The notes under the pieces were generated by a model. That model saw only the letters and a program-made list of their open reading frames with translations, had not been told where the DNA came from and ran no database searches. The position numbers and the translations under genes were made by a program. This document shows, piece after piece, positions 59,862 through 64,000 of a stretch of DNA of 64,000 nt (within the stretch, counting starts at the first letter, position 1; each line of letters starts with the position of its first letter). This DNA is from the human T2T-CHM13v2.0 reference genome, Homo sapiens: the NCBI RefSeq assembly GCF_009914755.1, contig NC_060947.1. One strand, written 5' to 3'.

Positions 59862-60364
59862 GAAATGTGAGGACATGAGATTTGGGAGGGGCCAGGGCGG
59901 AAAGATATGGTTTGGTTTTATCCCCACCCAAATCTCACCTTTAACTGTAATCCCAATAATCCCCATGTGTTGAGAGAGGGACCCGGTGGGAGGTGATTGG
60001 ATCATGGGGGCAGTTTCCCTCATGCTGTTCTCATGATAGTGAATGAATTATGAGATCTGATGGTTTTATGAGTGTTTGACATTTCCTCCTTCACACACTC
60101 ATATTCCCTCCTGCTGTTCTCATGATAGTGAATGAATTATGAGATCTGATGGTTTTATGAGTGTTTGACATTTCCTCCTTCACACAATCACATTCCCTCC
60201 TGCTGCTTTGTGGAGAAGGTGTCTGCTTCCCCTTCTGCCATTCCCTTTCTGCCATTCCCCTTCTTCCATGATTGTAAGTTTCCTGAGGCCTCCCCAGCCA
60301 TGCAGAACTGTGAGTCAATTAAACCTCTTTCCTTTATAAATTACCCAGTTTTGGGTATTTCTTT

Positions 60365-60640
60365 TCTTTTCTTTTTTTTTTGAGATGGAGTCTTGCTCTG
60401 TCACCCAGGCTGGAGTGCAGTGGTGCAATCTCGGCTCACTGCAAGCTCCGCCTCCTGGGTTCACACCATTCTCCTGCCCCAGGCGCCCGCCACCATGCCT
60501 GGCTAATTTTTTTGTATTTTTTAGTAGAGACGGGGTTTCACTGTGTTAGCCAGGATGGTCTCAATCTCCTGACCTCGTGATCCGCCCGCCTCGGCCTCCC
60601 AAAGTGCTGGGATTACAGGCGTGAGCCACCGTGCCCGGCC
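60365..60640 (-). mobile_element. AluY with ~25-nt internal deletion, inside the MST 3' LTR
   Basis: AluY diagnostics; TSD AGT(T/C)TTGGGTATTTCTTT at 60347 and 60641. Confidence 0.9.
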
Positions 60641-62187
60641 AGTCTTGGGTATTTCTTTACATTAGTGCAAGAACAAACTAATACACCATCTAAAGAAATG
60701 CATTTGGGGCAACTCAGGGAGCTCAGAGAAACCACAGAAGATATGAAAAAAAGAACCAGGGCCAATGAAACATGGAAGAAATTGATTCTACTTAATCCAA
60801 GTGACAGGAAGTTAAAGACCTACTCCTTAGTCTAATGGAATACCAAATCTGGAGTCTGGGGATTGTCAAAGTGAGTGATGTGTAAATTTATACTTTCCAT
60901 GTTGATCTGTTAATCATCTATTTGTTTTATTATGTTACAATCTTGCCTACTTCAAAAAAGTCTTTTAGTAGTAAAGGAAGAGCAACTCTAACTCCACACA
61001 ATTACTTTCACTTGAACCCTGAGAAATAGCACAGATATAAAATCTTTTCCACTCATTTTAATTAGATTTTATAGACCAAAAAGTTGGATTTTTTTCCCTT
61101 CCATCAGATGAGAATGAATGAATGACTTTCTCCCTGGAGAAGGCTATATATTTTCTGCTCTTCAACCTAAATATCATTTTCCCTAAAGTCTCCACCAGTA
61201 TCTTAATGGGCAAATGAATTTGTAGTTTTGTTTGTAACCAGAAAATTTCCATTCATTATAACAATACTGTGGCCAGAAGATACATGGAAATTGCCAACCA
61301 GTCAAATGTGCGCCAGTGTAGAATCTCACATGTGATTTAGGCAGGTGCACCATCTTTGTACAGTTGGTCTCAAGAAATTGTCTTAAACAAAATATAAAAT
61401 AGATCTCAATGGCTTCCTGGTCAGAATATTTGCCTGTTTTGCCCAGCCTCGGTTCATGTATTCAACCAGTTGTTCCATTCAGATGATATAGGTTGTACTC
61501 TGACCACAGCCTCCAGCCAGGAGGAACAAGAAATCGAGGAGGAGACAGAGTCTGGTAACAGTGTCAGCTTTAAGATCTGACTCACTTTGTAGGGATTTAA
61601 GTGACAATATTACAGAGCATTCATTTGAAAATGCTGCTATATAAAAAGAAATGAATTTAGAAAATCATTCAACATGGAGACTCTGATGAAGAGCTTAGAG
61701 TAAACTTTGTTTCATTCTACTGTTTCTTTGGTTATGTAAACAGAGAACTACTCCCTAGAGAAAATGTGTCCTGGCAGCCCTGGTCTTCACTATAAAAGCA
61801 GAGATACCCTGGCACTGCTGCTTGGCCACTGTGTTTCTTTTAGCAAATCATTAACCACTCTCAGTTTTCTCAGGATTGTATGTAGTCATAGGGATAACTT
61901 ACTGTCAGCCTCCCACTCCTCACCTATGAAATGGAGAGCCCACACCACCTACCTCAGGGGTTAATGAGTAACTCGCACAGAGTGTGGCACAGGGTGGGTT
62001 TGAATTTAAGGGCAGTTTCTTTCCCCCAAGCACCACCACACCTCATTATTGGTGCAGCATTCTGCTCTTGCTTTATATTCTCATTTAAAATATATAACAG
62101 GGTCTAATTTCACCTCTTAAACTAATCTGGCTCCCTTTTTTCAAACTCCTAATTTTGAAAAAAAAAAAAAATCCAGACAAGTCCTTT

Positions 62188-62859
62188 TGTATCGCCAAAG
62201 GTTCTTGCCTTAGCCACGCCAAAGAGAGAGACACAGATCAGACCGAGAGTAAAAAAGCTGTAGGCTTTATTAAGCAGAGTGACAGTACAAAGCTTTCACA
62301 GCGTGGAAGGGGTCCCGAGCGGGGTAGCCAGTGTTAGATTTTTTTATCACCTTTTAAACTCTCTAAGGCAGGAAATATGTGTGGTGGGAAGATGTTACCA
62401 GAGGGAGAAACAAAGACAATTAACATGTCTCAGATCTTGAGGAAAACTGGAATTGTAACTTAAGTTTTCTCTACTTATAACCTTGCAGCGGGATGGCAAA
62501 GGAGACAGGATCTCACGGGATTTTACAAATTGTGTTTACAAGGAATTGGAATTGGGACCATAGATAAGGTCTGCTGGTCACAGAAAAGTGGGCTTTTAAC
62601 ATTCCTTTTAGTTTCAGGGGAGGGGGAAGGGAGAGAGGGAGAGAGGACACAGGGAAGCTTACAACAAAATTTTCGCTGTTTATAGCTTTCTTGGGGAAGA
62701 AAACACAGGCGCAAATTCTGATGTTAGGAATGTTTTAAGCACATATCTTCAATATTATTCATCCAGGACCAAAGTAAGTCCGCATGCAGGAAATGAGTGA
62801 GTTTCACAGCTTTCTGAGCCCCTACTTGACCCAGGAAGCCCAGCTGGAACCTCCTCTCA
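62188..62859 (-). mobile_element. ERV1 solo LTR (LTR30-like by recall)
   Basis: Minus strand starts TGAGAGGAGGTTCCAGCTGGGCTTCC and ends GGCGATACA; 4-bp TSD CTTT (62184-62187, 62860-62863). Confidence 0.8.
62266..62271 (-). terminator. AATAAA inside the LTR, probable poly(A) signal for the FAM104B terminal exon
   Basis: First AATAAA I find on the minus strand downstream of the stop at 62922. Confidence 0.65.
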
Positions 62860-62921
62860 CTTTCTACTTTCTTCTGATATTCCTTGAAAATACTTCTCCT
62901 TCATAGCGGAGATAAGTAGTT

Positions 62922-63104
<183 letters not shown>

Positions 63105-64000
63105 TTAGTTCAACTAAGTACTGAAAAGTCTTACAGAGACTGAAAAGCCAACACTTTTTCTGTGTGTATGTAATTGCTTTATTATTATTATTATTATTTT
63201 ACTTTGAAAAAATAATGCTTTGTCATGGTGACAGTTTTATCTTTGATATCTTTAAATAGGGGGAATGAATGGAAATTTGCTTTCTCAGCTGTTCAACTAC
63301 ACTGTGTTTTTAATAGACACTTTCTTTCAGTAGGATGCTATGTATTTAAGCATGCAGAATTCTTCCTGGGTATTTCTGAATCCTGTTGTGTACATGTGGG
63401 TTGAAAATTCAAATATCTCATCTTCTTTAGTACTTAGTTGCTCACTTTATTGTTAGAGAAACTGGTGGCTAGGTATCCTTTCTCTATTTTCTGCCATAAA
63501 ACCTTTTAGAATTTAAATTTCTTCTCACCATACATCTGGTATTGACTTTGGAAGCACTGGCCATAGAAAAAATGTTCTTACTCAAACCATCTAATTAAGA
63601 AATAATTGACTCATGCCTACTCCCTAAGTTTGAGGCCAATGTGGTGCTGTAATTTTTTCCCCATAACACTAAAATTCTACTGCAAGTATCTTCCTTAAAA
63701 TCCTACCCATATTCAAGGAAACAACCATGAAAATGTGTGTGTGTGTGTGTGTGTGTAGGTATGTATTCTTTTCCTAAGATAGTGTTCATTTTCATATGTT
63801 AATTCTGTCATTTAATAAAATCTCATTCTTCTTTCAGTAAAACTGTAACCTTACGTCTTTTCCAAACCTTGCCAATTGGCAAACACCTCTTTGTAGAGCT
63901 ATCCATAGTTCTCAGATCTGCTAGTTTACACTCTGTGGACCTCCAAATATAGTGGAAAAGATAATGTGACCAGGGAGGAGAGGATTGTTAGACTCTAACG

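Larger units (their letters stand above)
57687..60685 (+). mobile_element. Full-length MST (MaLR) element: 5' LTR ~57687-58052, internal region, 3' LTR ~59905-60685
   Basis: Two homologous LTRs (GGTTTGGCTGTGTCCCCACCCAAATCTCA..CTAATACA), MaLR-int ORF remnant WESLELPRDLLNAFDQN, 5-bp TSD CCATC (57682-57686, 60686-60690). Confidence 0.92.

Overview
Human/primate X-chromosome genomic DNA (Xp11.21 context, inferred from the genes recognised), mostly interspersed repeats (L1, Alu, ERV1/ERVK/MaLR LTRs, MIR, L2). It holds the complete five-exon cancer/testis gene PAGE2 (+ strand, CDS 9144-11853, 111 aa). At the right end is an alternative terminal exon of FAM104B/VCF2 (- strand, 63018-62922 coding), whose nearest poly(A) signal lies inside a solo ERV1 LTR. 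The most notable observation is a 130-codon uninterrupted minus-strand frame at 21152-20760 that resembles FAM156A/B (PGC7/Stella family; CECxxC motif). It has an acceptor-like 5' edge and a downstream AATAAA. Upstream on the same strand is a chain of exon-like segments (32-57 kb) that may be the remains of a lost multi-exon gene downstream of FAM104B. Other findings: a MER41 retroviral RNA apparently integrated by L1 machinery (R-U5-int-U3-R-polyA), three 5'-inverted L1s, a templated L1 insertion with a ~215-bp flanking duplication, a trimeric Alu, and an Alu whose 5' junction carries an inverted copy of its target site. All gene and repeat names come from recalled sequences, not database searches. 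No prokaryotic features, CRISPR arrays, rRNA or tRNA genes were seen.
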